Origin: Camelus dromedarius
Lineage: Eukaryota
DNA: 64,000 nt
Assembly (NCBI RefSeq): GCF_036321535.1
Contig: NC_087437.1
Span: 108,874,001 to 108,938,000, forward strand
Direction of reading: 5' to 3'
Under the pieces are notes generated by a model. The model was not told where the DNA came from, did not search any database, and saw only the letters and a program-made list of their open reading frames with translations. The first letter of the stretch is position 1. Every line of letters begins with the position of its first letter. Shown piece by piece: positions 49,220-61,610 of the stretch. Both the position numbers and the translations under genes were made by a program.

Positions 49220-52200
49220 ACTGCAGAAGTGTAGACATGTTGAATGGATTCGGGGCCGGCTGCCTCTCAAGTTCCTGGGTGGGGAGAGGAGTGAGCCTTG
49301 GAAACGCTCTCTGAGTGTGACTTCTCCCCCTCCTGAGGTCTTCTCTGTGTGGAAACCTACACTCATTCTACTAAGGATTTAGAGTTTCCCAGCCTAGACA
49401 CACCTGGGCTGGGGAGACAATTGACCCCAAAGTCCAGTCAAGACATTCTCTAGAACAGTTGTTCTCAGTGCGGCTTCGCAGACCTGGTCTGACTTTGACG
49501 AAGTTTTCCTCTCTGATGTAAAACAAAAGAAAGGACATGGCAGTGAGGTTGTGGGTGTATGTGTGTGTGTGTCTATAAAGCTAAATGTGTCCAATATAAT
49601 GGACATGCTTGTATTTGAAGATTATGTTTGTCTTATGATTTCGGTGTTCAAATGTCCTCTGTCACAAAGAGATGCTAATGATCACAGTAGCTGTTTTGGA
49701 ATCATCTTCACTGGCTGAATACAAAGTTGGCTACTCTAAGGACATGATTCCCAATATTTGGGGGGAAAATTTTACTGGTTCATGAAATATGAGTGTGGGA
49801 ACCTACTGAGCAGACAGTGAAGAACAAGGTGGCATGGTGAAGAGACCCCCCCCCCCTTAGTCTTATGACACTCCTTTCCCTCCTGGGGGCTCTTGTCTTC
49901 AGCGCTGCTCTGAGAGTCCGGGACTAGATGACTGCTCAGGTCCTTCCAGCTGCAGCATTTCTGAGAGCTCTGACTGCGTAGATCTAATGACTAAATGACA
50001 GTGAGAATTTGGATTACAGACCCTGTAGGTCCTGCTCAACTGATTCATGGAGAAACACAGATCAGACAATTTAAGGAAATCTGAAACAGAATAACCACCA
50101 AAGCAACCCAACAGCTGCTAGATAGATACAGAGACAAGCCCATCATAAAATGTACTATGGTATGTCCTAATGGTTGGGATACCAATAAGAAAGTTCTATC
50201 TTAAGTACCATTGACTTAGTCACATCGTGTTTGCAAAACAGGCCGTGGACATCTGTTTATTAAAAAAATTCCTCTTTCATTCTTTCCTTTATATTTTGTC
50301 CTTTAACAAATTCCTGAGGATACATTTTGCTTGGTCCACCAAGCCCCCACAGTACCATTTTGAAAAGGAAGCTTACGAATTATTTTCTTAATGCATCAAA
50401 AAATATGACAGTGATTTGCCAGTTCAGCATAGGAGCTCAGTCCCTGCCTTTAATGTAATAGGCATTCAAGAAGTATTTGGTAAATGCAGAAATTTTAATA
50501 AAAGTGTACTTGTATTCTGATTTTATCAAATTGCAAACCTATCTAGCAACTATTCTCCTTTTTTTTTTCTTTTAAAAGCCAAATTTGCCAAGGGAGTGTC
50601 TTGCATAGCTACTGTACAATCTCCTTTGTGCTTCTGGAATTGTCAAAACAAACTTAACTGCTGTTAGGAACTCTGATCCGATATCACTGTCAAAATGTTT
50701 TACCACGATTCGGCCAAATGTTTGCGGAACAGCTGTGCTACTAGTCTGCCTGAGTCATTTTCCTTCTTTCCTTTTTGGCCCAATCCTGTGATTCATCATT
50801 CTGCTTTTAGAATATTTGCCTATTTTTAAAACCAGTCAAAGAAGGCAGCCACTGTTTAAAAGTAAACACACCACACATCAACTTGGAGCAGCTTTGTTAG
50901 CAGCTTTTCAAGCCCTGAAATTTCTGGCTGGCAGGGATGCCAGCTCGACCAGATGGCATCAGGCAGTGAAACACAGGCCTGGCTTTCAAACTCCGTCATC
51001 TCCTTACATCTGTCTTTGGTTTGCTTGTTTCTGCTGCCATTTCCTGCTCGGATTAATCCAACCCGATCCATTCTTTAACAAAAGTCTTGCCTTTATTTTG
51101 TTTGTCTCTCTAAAACATCCGTCATATGTATATGTCTCTGTCAATCAATTAGATTGTTATTTCAACTCGAGGAATCCAATCTTAAGCCGTTACTTATCTG
51201 CAGAATTATCAGCCTGGTCACATCTATGTACCTCAACATGGAGTGATTATCAGTAATGACCGATTTTTATAATGGGCTTTATTGGTTCTGGGTCATACCA
51301 GGTATTTGCTATTTACTATAGGAAAGTAAATGAATAACTTTTCCCTCACTTTGTTTATAATTAAGCAGGAAGGAATGTGACTTCACAGGGAACAAGGTGG
51401 ATTAAGTCCCAGGAAGCTTTGAGTTCCATTCCTCGCTGTCTTTTAGAATTCTAGAATGCACTGTCTGCTCTGGCACCTTATAGAAGTGGTTTCTCCTTCT
51501 AACAAGTGCCTGCTCATCTATGGTTATTAGGTTGGGATGCCAAAGTGTCATATGTTCCCATTTACCCTTGCCAGATTTTTCTGGCCTTGAACTCAATGAG
51601 CTAAAGTAATCATGATGCTTGGGTTATTGATATTTTATTGAAGTAAATTTAAATGCACCTTAGATCAAAATCGGTTTTACAAACTATAGGTTTTGTAACA
51701 AAGGCTAGCTCCAAGGGTCTTTCTTTCTTTCTTTTTTTTTTCTTTTTAAATATTTCTGTCTTTTGTCCAATTCTTTGCAAATGATGAGGTGGATTTAAAG
51801 AGTCACAGGATTTGGCAGAATTTGTCACCTCTGTGCGGGAAGAGAACACTGCAAGGGCCAAGGGATCGGCTCTCCTGGTTTCCTTGTGAGACAGCCCTCC
51901 AGCGTGCGGTGAGGGTCTTGGGAAGATTTCTCCATTTCTGCTTGTTCTCTGAAGCTGCGTAGTGTCAGTGAACCTGTGAGCATCCGCTGACTGGCACAGG
52001 TATAGGGACAAATGGGTGCACAGTTGGTCCTGCATCATCATTGTCTTAAGCCTCTCTTAAGAGGGAGTATTATTATACTATTCTTGATTAAAATGTACCG
52101 GAGGCCCTTGAGGTGTTTGGCAGAGGTGAACACTGTCCTTGCTTGAATTATCCTCCTGGTGATCATCTTTGATGCATTCCGAGAAACGTAATCCCTGACA

Positions 52201-53339
52201 AGCCTGGAGCTCCTGGTGTGCTGCGCTGTGTTCTGGACTGCGCCGCCAGTGAGCGGGGGCGAGGATGCTTGCTTCTGCACTGTGTGTGCCCTGCATCACT
52301 TCCCCTAGTTCAAGTAGAACTTCAGCAGTTTTTATCAATAAACTTGGTTATGGCAGTGAGAACCTAAAAACCATGCTCTTTCTTTCTAATGATTTAAAAT
52401 AGATTTTGGTATTTAAATTATTCGGCTGGCCTAATTTTTTCTTATTCTCATAGTCATACCTGGGGTAGATGCGGTCATCAAGCAGAGGACTGGAAATGAG
52501 TGGCCACTGGACCCGCAGAGCCAGAGTCTGCTGGCTTGGAGGTTGTCCTCTAGTACCCGGGCTGGGGCAGCAGTATGTCCTTGCGATTTGGATAATCTTC
52601 TCTGAGCTTTCCTCTGACGCTTCTGAGAACCGCATCTTTTGATCCAGCAACACCTGCCAGTCAGCCAGGGGAAGGCAGCTGAGGACAGAGTTGCGGGCTG
52701 TCCCAGCTGGGGCTCTCCCGCATCGGGGCAGTGCATCAGGCTTCAGGCTGGGACTTCTGCCTGGTGCCTGGGGAAGAAACGCCCTGAACAGGTTGCTGCC
52801 TGTGACCCACCGTAACCCGGACGAAGCTCTGGTCAACTGCCTGTTGGTGGTGGTTTGTGGTAAGAGCAGAGGGCAGACCCATCAAAGCCTGCCACCCTGG
52901 GAGTCTGAGAGCAGAGCTGACACTTCTATTTTTCACTCACACATTCTCCTGTCCCATTGAGGTTGTCGTGGTCACCTCATTAGCACCTTGTTAAAGCACT
53001 TTCTTGCATATCATATTTTTTGGTTTTGGCTACCGTATGAGCCAAAGAAAGACAAGCAGTGCTTCTTAACTGGGGAGCTACTGGACTGAACATTCGAGGA
53101 GTCTGATACTTGTTTGCAAAATTTTGCTCAAACCAGCTATGCAGTTTGTGCTTCTGTTTGTCTCGAAACTAGCAAAATTGTCTTCTGTGTTCTTTCTGTT
53201 GCCAACTGAAGTGATGAAAATCACCGAAGCAGTGTGCACTGATGGTTTAACTCCATGAATCCAAAGTTGGTAACAGCAGGACAACTCACCTGAGAGAAAT
53301 GGCTCTGTAGTGAAGAATCACTTTATTTTCATGTTTCAG

Positions 53340-53401
53340 ATGATACACCTCCTGAAGACGACACTCCTTTGGTCTTTCCAGAGTTAGACCAGCAGCTCCA
53401 G
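53340..53401 (+). CDS. MAP3K7CL: MAP3K7CL coding exon, 62 nt: (D)DTPPEDDTPLVFPELDQQLQ
   Basis: Acceptor 'tttattttcatgtttcag', donor CAG|GTAAGG; phase 1 in, phase 0 out; matches recalled human DDTPPEDSIPLVFPELDQQLQ. Confidence 0.97.
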
Positions 53402-54406
53402 GTAAGGATTTTTCTAGAGTCTTTCTTCTTTCCTTAGTTTCACGGAATACAGTGAGTGGAGAAGTGACTTGATTGGGAAAGACTGGCTTGGAGACAGGGT
53501 GGGGGAAGCTGTCACGTCTGCAGGGTTTGCATTTCTTGAGCTCCGAGGTCACAGAGCCCTCATGTAATATCCCTATCTGGTTATCTGGCTAGAGCACAAG
53601 AATATCAAGAACTTAGGGGGTAAACAAGCCCCTTTTAAAGACTTCTGGAGCCTGGGGACAGGGCTGGTCCCTGCTCTCCTTGGCTGTGAATGTTTCTGGA
53701 CGATTGCAGTTTCGGCCCATTTTGGATTAGTGATAAAGTGCAGAGGAGACTTGTCATGTGTGGCAAGACTTCAGAATAACCTCCCTTTCTCTCCTTCACC
53801 CCCATGCCCTCCTCAGTTCCCTGACAACTTTTAATAGAATGTAGGTATTTTAAGTTAAACCTGAACACTGTCTGGTTTGACCCATGGGAAAAATCTTTTG
53901 TGTGCAGTTTATGGATGATCTATCAAAGAAATTCCATCTCAATACACCCGAATTATTTGAAACCAGCTAATTTATGACATTTTAATTTTCTTTAGATGAT
54001 ATATAGTGATTCCAGAAAGATGGTTTTAGGAAGAAGTTCTGCCTAAAATACCTGGATCCTGGCTTTAGGTCAGATGTTCACCTGAGTACTTCACTTTGCA
54101 GTCACATTTAGACAAAGTCTAATAGGGGTCTTGAATCCTGCGCACAGACATTTGCTTACTAACCACATTTTTCTCTGAATACTGATTCTGAAAACCTTTA
54201 GGAAGGATCTGCCACCTCCAGTTCCCAACAGGCCCTGACATTTCCTGTTATCTTAAACTCGGTAACTTTCCCCATTCGTGGGTGTGCCTGGTATCCTGAA
54301 ATCATTTGAGTTTGGGACCCCTGGACCCGAACAGCTGCAGAGGTGGGAAGAACCAAGAACGAACCCTTGTGCAACCCAAGACAGTGTCCCTTATGTTGCA
54401 GTTCTT

Positions 54407-54516
54407 TTTTTAAATTAAAAGAAAAATTTTTTTTGAATGAAAGTACCAGGGATTGAACCCAGGACCTCATGCATGCTCAGCACAGGCTCTACCACTGAGC
54501 CACTCCCCTATTCCCC
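54407..54516 (-). mobile_element. Vic-1-like tRNA-derived SINE
   Basis: 'ggggattgaacccaggacctc...taccactgagc'; TSD gttgcagttctt / gttccagttctt. Confidence 0.9.
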
Positions 54517-57309
54517 TGTTGGTTCCAGTTCTTATCTCAGTGTCCAGCGCAGTGAATTAAAAACCTGGAAGCAACTAGGTCGGGTCTGAGAGCTTGTGAT
54601 CCACTGCTGGAGTGGCTCCCCCGAAAATTTACCCCACACAGCTAGGTGTGACCAGACCTCTCGGAGCATCCCTCATCTCACCTCTGCACGGTCCTGGGCA
54701 TCGTCACAGCCCTCCAACAGAAAGCCTGCCAACAGAGCAACATCAGTAATGTAGAGGTTACTGAAGACAGTCCAGGAGGGGGGAGGTTATACTGATCACC
54801 GTGCAGCTGTCAAAAGACAGCTCTGTTCTCCTCTAAAGTTTCCTCTGCAGCTATTAGCCGTTGCATCTCCTTCTCCCGTACGCCATGCAGGGTCCTCAAC
54901 CCAGCTCTCCTGGCTCCTGACATCTAACTATATCCCCCAATCTCTCTTCTTCTCATCATGGAGGACAACTCAGCGGTTCCTCCGCTTTTCTGCCTGGCGT
55001 GCTCACGTGACACACAACCGTCCTTGCTTGGTTTCTGTCCTCACAGAAGGGCTGTATATGTGCTGCTGCTGATGGTATAGTTAGGATTACAAAATAATTA
55101 CTGTATATTTTTCCCAGTCACAGTTTTTTTTTTCTCCCTTATTTTACTGTCACCTCAAAGCTATTTTATTAGCATAGAAGTTAGATGAAGATAAGGAGTT
55201 AACATACTTTGAAAATTAAAGAGTAAAATCATGTTCAGATTCTTATTCCCCATCAATGTTATGGATCATTAATTCTACTTGTTTGTATTGACAAACATTT
55301 TTTTTTTTCCTTCTTTGGGAACATTAATGGTTTTCCCTGGCTCGTGGACTATTCTTTACAGGATTCACAGCACCCCTGGCAATTATCCAGATATTTTTTT
55401 CTGTTAAAGCCTCACAAGATCCAGTTGAATTTTATAGCTTTAATTCCATTTGACATAGCTTAGAAATGAAGTCTGTTTAATTTTAATCCAGTGAGACAAT
55501 GTCATCTGCATTGATCTTTAACGAGTTAGGCAGTTGAGAGGCTGATTTCTGGCTCATGGGCTATGATCCCTCCCACCCCCACCTAAAATATAGCATTGCT
55601 TTACCTCTTCATGAACAGAGAGAATGCTCCCAGCACTACAACTAAAAGCATTTAAGTAAGTGCTTGTTTGTTGAGTGAAGGGTATGATTGAGTTTGCTAT
55701 AAACATTTACCAGCCATCAAGCCATCTGGTTAGGGTTGCCTCTGTCTAGGGCGATTGTCTTTACCTTTATTCTGCACCCCAGGTTATGAGTGACTAAAAT
55801 ACAAGATGGTAGGGATGTAGAGGGGAACGCTAACACAGAAAGCTACATCTAAAAGCAAATTCTGGTTTCCATGCTTAGCACAAGCATATAAGTTCAGCAG
55901 AAAGTCTCTGTACTGAAAGCAATGAAAATGCTTTATATACGAAAGGAACAATCTATTCCACAGAGCAGGTTGTCTTTACATTCAGTCCCATGTGCTATCA
56001 TCACATGATAATGGCTGTTGGAATTTTACCGACCATCATAATCCTCTACAGAAGAATAAAAGTTAGGTTACAAAGGCCTATGAAGTGCCGTGTGGTTGTC
56101 ACTATCTGAGGATGAACTGACTCTTGCTTATTTCTACTGGAGCCTTATAAACTTGCCTAGTGAAAAATAACTGATGCCAGATGACCAGCCCTACTCTCAG
56201 CATATCCTCAGATTTAAATCCTACCCAAGCACATTGAGTACCATGAGGCAAGGGGTGTTTCCCCTCAGTAATTTCATTTGATCCTTGAAACAGTTGTGTA
56301 AGCGAACTGTTATGTGTCTGCCATGGAGATGAGAAACTCGAGGTCAAATTTTGGTTTACGTAAATTTGCTAATTCAGGCTAGGTCTCTGATTCTGAATCT
56401 CGGTCTCCTGCATTCTTTGACAACTTTGGTGGAACCTATGGACTACTTCAATTATGTTGATAGGTGGAGATTTTTCTCTGGTTTCTGGTTTGCAAGGTTG
56501 CCATGATGTGGTGATAGAACACCGTCCTGACTTTCCCATATCCATTACACGTTCCTTCATTGTGTATGAAATGCAGCTATCAAGTCATCTCTTTGGTAGA
56601 TACTCTATCACCAATTTGACCCCCACGATTTTTCTCTTGCTTTGCCAAGAATGCGGGCATGTTTGAGCATGTAATTCGTGGTGCTTCTATTTTCGCAGAA
56701 GCCAAAAAAAGCCTGGGGCAAGAATAGCAGTGACAAACATCTCTCTTGATGTCTCTATTAATGCAAAATGCTGGGCAAGAGACCTTGGGGGTAAGGTAGG
56801 TGTTAAAATGAACATCTCTTTATAGGCCGCAGCCCAGGGACAGATGGTAAGTTGGTTCTATTTCCCGCAGATTCCTTTCCTGGAACTTGGTTTCTAAATT
56901 CCTTGTGTCCATTAGGGGTGATATTTGGGGAGAGCCAGTTTAGACCATACAGCCCAGAGAAAGGAGACCCAATTCTGTGCTCACTTGTGAGAATGAATGA
57001 AAAATCATTGCTTTTCTTTAGGCCTCAGTTTCTTTCTATTTGAAAAAGAGGTAATGACTGACCTCCCTCTCCATTCTAAAGGATGGAACAATTCTTTAGT
57101 AGTCCCAAGATCTGGGTCAGGGCCAAGTTTGTCTTAAAATTTAAGACCATATCGTCATGTTTTGGAGATTGTGGTTTGGCCTATAGATGATCCAGAGCTA
57201 AGCTTTGTGGTCTTAATTGCACTGGACTGAGGAATATGGTTTTATGATCAGGTGGAAGACATGCTAATGCGTAGATAGTAATTAACTTGCCAATGGGAGT
57301 GGCAACGAC

Positions 57310-57530
57310 TGGGGTGTGGGCAATGGCATTAGGTTGCCTGGATTTGGATCTCAGTTTCACACAGGCTAGTTTGGTGATTTGGGGCATGTTATTCACTTTC
57401 TTTAAACTCCACTTTTCTGACGTGCAAAGTGGAGATAATATCTCACATCATTATTATGGGAATTAAATGTGATAATGAATAGATCTAGCACAGTACTTGG
57501 CAAAATAATTGCTCAATTAATGTCAGTTTT
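57310..57530 (+). mobile_element. MIR SINE
   Basis: 'gcctggatttggatctcag...attaaatgtgataatg...gcacagtacttggca'. Confidence 0.7.
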
Positions 57531-58167
57531 ATTCTCTGGTGAAACTGTTTCTTGAATGAAATATTTAAGCACTGGAAATGCCTCTTTGTATGTGTAAAAT
57601 GAAATAAGAGAAGCATCTCCTTGGATTTTTGAGTTAGGGATATAGAGGTGCTAGGTACTTGGAATACAATATGCCTTTTTTTTTTTTTTTAAACCAAATT
57701 GAGCAATAGCTTCAATCCCAACTAAAGTCCTCCCATCTAATCTGAGAAGACAGTGACAGGTGTCTCTGTGGTACACATTGAACTTGCTTTTTTCTCAGAC
57801 AGAGCTTGGTAAGTCCAGAAACTGATGTCAGCTCCACAAATAAACAGTTTCATAGCTTCGGTTGTGTACTACAGCATCTGAGAAGCCTCTCCAGAAACTT
57901 CTTTTAGGTCTTGCATCAGTGTATTGCCTGGTATCTGGGAAACAAAAATGGTAGAAAGTGGAGAAGTCTTAGCATTCCAGGATTCTGCGTGAACACCCAC
58001 ATATACAATTTGGAATTAGCCCCACAGAAAACACTGAAAAAAATGCCTGCCATTTTTCTCTCTCACACACATGTTAAAAAGTATCTTACAGTTGTCTTTT
58101 GGCTGATGTGACTACACAGAAAACATATATAAATAACTTGGAGCTTGACAGTAATACCTTTAATTTA

Positions 58168-58297
58168 ATTTTTATTTTTTTTAAAGGGTGTTGGTAATTA
58201 GGTTTACTTATTTATTTTTAGAGGAGGTACTGGGGATTGAACCCAGGACCTCGTGTATGCTAAGCATGCGCTCTGCCACTTGAGCTCTACCCGCCCC
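58168..58297 (-). mobile_element. Vic-1-like tRNA-derived SINE
   Basis: 'gtactggggattgaacccaggacctcgtgtatgctaagcatgcgctctgccacttgagct'. Confidence 0.9.
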
Positions 58298-60161
58298 TCT
58301 TTTATTTATTTATTTTGAGAAGCCCAGTTCGTTAGCATATGCATTGTTAGAAGTGTTTGGGACACTCTTAGGTTATCTCATAGCAACATCTAATATTGCT
58401 TAGGTCATTAGAAATGACTTAAATATTTCTTCATTCCAAAATTATATAATGTCTAACATGTGCTAAGATTTGCGGTATAGTTATTACTAGTGCTGACTTT
58501 GCCCATAATGTAGATACAATAGACATGTCAGTTCTTAAAATATTTAAAAAATATTTACAATTCTAAGATAACAGAATTTTCAAATATTGCAAGTCGCCCT
58601 GACTGTGTTTTTCCATTTAGTTTTAGCACATTATGCTTGTTAATTTGGGGACATTAAAATGCAACATAAATTTAAACGAGACACCCAGTGTCCCCCCACC
58701 CAAATAAAGACAGTGCTGAGAATCAAGGAATAAATACAAAGTCTGCTCAGCAACTGTAGAATATTTAGCTTCCTAAATATATCTTCTGTGTGGGAAGCTG
58801 GGAGAGGAAAATTAAATTCTTACATTTTTGAAGAGGATGGGGCAAGGAGTATTTGAAGAAGCCAAGTAGAAAACGGAAACGCTTATGCTGGCTTTGCCCC
58901 TTACGGAGAGATGCTTGGCTGGGTCCTTTCCCACGGGGCCCTTTCCAGAGGACTTAGTACATTTCGGGAGGAGCTTGCTATAACCCGATGGCCTGGGCAG
59001 AGAGCGGAGAGGGGATGGTGTGGCTCAAGCTGGCATTCTTGGAACAGGAGCCTGTGGTTTCTCTCTTACTTCATCTTGTTAAATTGGTCCTGATGATCGG
59101 GGCGGATACCAGACATAGTAGCGGATCACTTGCGCAGCCGTGTAATTTAAAGCCCTTGCAAGCTCGGGCAGCAGCAGGATGAGGAAGGGATGGAGGAAAG
59201 GGGATGAAGAGGAAGTGCCTCCCCCCTGGGCTCTGACCTCATCCAAACCCCAATCTGTGTCTTGGGAAAATGTGTTTCAAAGTTGGCTTGAGACACTATT
59301 ACAAGGATGTCTTAATTTAACCTTCTCAGAACTGGCTGTGTTGTGAGTATCCATGGCATCGAGCGTATCTGAAAAGCTGTTTCTGTGATCCTACAGGATG
59401 TGTGCTCTGGTGCCTGAAGGATACTTTTATCTTTTCATTTTCAAATAAAGTATCTTTGGATTCCTTTTCTTTGGAAAGCAACATTTTATTCTTTAAGCAA
59501 GAGCATGTGATACATGAGTCCAAATGATGGAAGGATGTAGGGTGAGTGTGGAGAAAATGACAAGGAAACTGTCTCTTCCTGATGCAAAAAGAAATTCACT
59601 ATCAGCGTGGAGTTTATTTACTGCTTGCCTGTTCCCAGCATGAGATTATAGGTATGAAAATCTCTTGGACGAGAATAGTCAGAATGGAGCAATAAGAACT
59701 GAAATAAAAATAAAGGTGTTAATTTTTATTCCCAGAAGTCAATAGATGCTTTTCATCTGGTTACCACAGGCCTTCTTCTAAGTTTTTTTTTTTTTTAAGT
59801 TTTTAATGTGAACACATGTTAAGCAGTATCTTAAATCCACGTACAGCTGATTAATTCACGAGAGCCAGTGTTTTACATGCCACATTGACGGAAGCCTACT
59901 AGTAGCTCCATTTTTAAATTGGAAACCTGATTGTTGTGCTTGAATTTTAGGAACCTGTTTCCTCAGGCCAACACTTTTATTCAGCGGACCCTGCTGGTTA
60001 TATATTGTCTCCTATTTTGAGGGTTTATAAGACGGTAAGAGGAGTCACCTTGGTGAGGACTTTACGATACTACACACGTACACACAAACCCACATTGTAT
60101 CATAAAACAATGAGAGTTTGCTGTGTCATATGAGACATTTCATTACTCTATAGTTTTACTT

Positions 60162-60275
60162 AAAAATTTTTTTTAACTAATTTTTTTTTTAAATGGAGGT
60201 ACTGAGGGTTGAACCCAGGACCTTGTGTATGCTAAGCATGCATTCAACCACTGAGCAACCCGCCCCCCCGCCCCG
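60162..60275 (-). mobile_element. Vic-1-like tRNA-derived SINE
   Basis: TSD ctatagttttactt (60148-60161) / ctatagttctactt (60276-60289); reverse B box 'ggttgaaccc'. Confidence 0.9.
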
Positions 60276-60682
60276 CTATAGTTCTACTTTTTACATCAGG
60301 TATAAAATCTAAATATCTCAATACTCTTATTCACCAGAATTCCTGTTTGGATGAGAACATTACGTGTTTAAAAGATTCTTTGATGAATTCTTTGATGAAT
60401 TTCCTGAGCTGAGGTCAATCTCCAGTGATGTCAAATGACTTCTAAGGACAGTAGGTCCTGCTGACCAGAGGACACTTTGATTTGTCCAGCGATGTTTGGG
60501 TTTAGAGGTCAATGGCTTTGAATTATAAAGAGGCGAGAAATTTTAAGTAGAAATTTGGGAAGGGCAGAAAGATTGGGTGCGAATGAAGTGAGCATCAGAT
60601 AGGGAATCCTGGTAGCAAATGCTTAGAAAATGGACTGGGGGTAGCACAGGATCTAAGGATAATTTTTTTTTTTTGGCATTAA

Positions 60683-61610
60683 CTGTTTTTTTCATTGTGG
60701 TAAAAATGCGTAACATAAATGTTCCCATCTTAATCCATTTTAAGTGTACAGTTCAGTCATGTTAAGTATATTCACACTGCTGTGCAGCCCATCTCCAGAA
60801 CTTTTTCATCTTGCAAAATTGAAACTCTAACCCCGTGGGAATGTAGTTTGGTGTAGCCATTATGGAAAACAGTATGGAGATTCCTCTAAACATAGATTTA
60901 TCATATGATCCAGCAGTCACACTCCTGGACATACATCCAGAGGGAACTTTAATTCAAAAAGACACATGCACCCCAATGTTCATAGCAGCAATGTTTATAA
61001 TAGCCAAGACATGGAAGCAACCTAAATGTCCATTGATAGATGACTGGATAAAGAAGTTGTGGTATATTTATACAATGGAATACTACTTAGCCATAAAAAT
61101 GATAAAGTAATGCCATTTGCAGCAACATGGATGAATCTGGAGATTGTCATTCTAAGTGAAGTAAGCCAGAAAGAGACAGAAAAATATCATATAATATCAC
61201 TTATAAGTGGAATCTAAAAAATAAAAAGACACAAATGAACTTATTTACAAAACAGAAACAGACTCATAAACATAGAAAACAAACTTGTGGTTACCAGGGA
61301 GGGAAGGGGGAAGGAAGCGATAAATTGGGAATTCAAGAATTGCAAATACTAATTACTATATATAAAATAAACAACAAGTTTCTTCTGTATAGCATAGGCA
61401 ACTATATTCAATATCTTAGAGTAACTTACAATAAAAAAGAATGTGAAAATCACTATATGTATGAATATGTATGACTGATATTATGCTGCACACCAGAAAT
61501 TGATACAGCATTGTAAACTGGCTATACTTCAATTTAAAAAAGAAAAGAAACTCTATCCCCATGAAAAAACAACTCCTCATTTAACCCTCCCTTCAGCCCC
61601 TGGCAACCAA
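60683..61610 (-). mobile_element. Old L1MA/MB 3' end, split by a young L1
   Basis: 'ttgtggtaaaa...ttttaagtgtacagttcag...ctccagaactttttcatcttgcaaaattgaaactcta' resumes at 'aacaactcctcatt...cagcccctggcaacca'. Confidence 0.8.
60835..61546 (+). mobile_element. 5'-truncated young L1 nested in the old L1
   Basis: ORF2 end 'SYDPAVTLLDIHP...[27 protein letters not shown]'; TSD gaaactcta(a/t)cccc 60821-60834 and 61547-61560. Confidence 0.93.

Noticed and set aside
48905..49366. 153-aa minus-strand ORF
   Set aside because: Runs through MER45A and an L1 tip; chance ORF
52038..52960. Cluster of overlapping 66-162 aa ORFs
   Set aside because: No recognisable homology; expected in GC-richer DNA; lies in a MAP3K7CL intron
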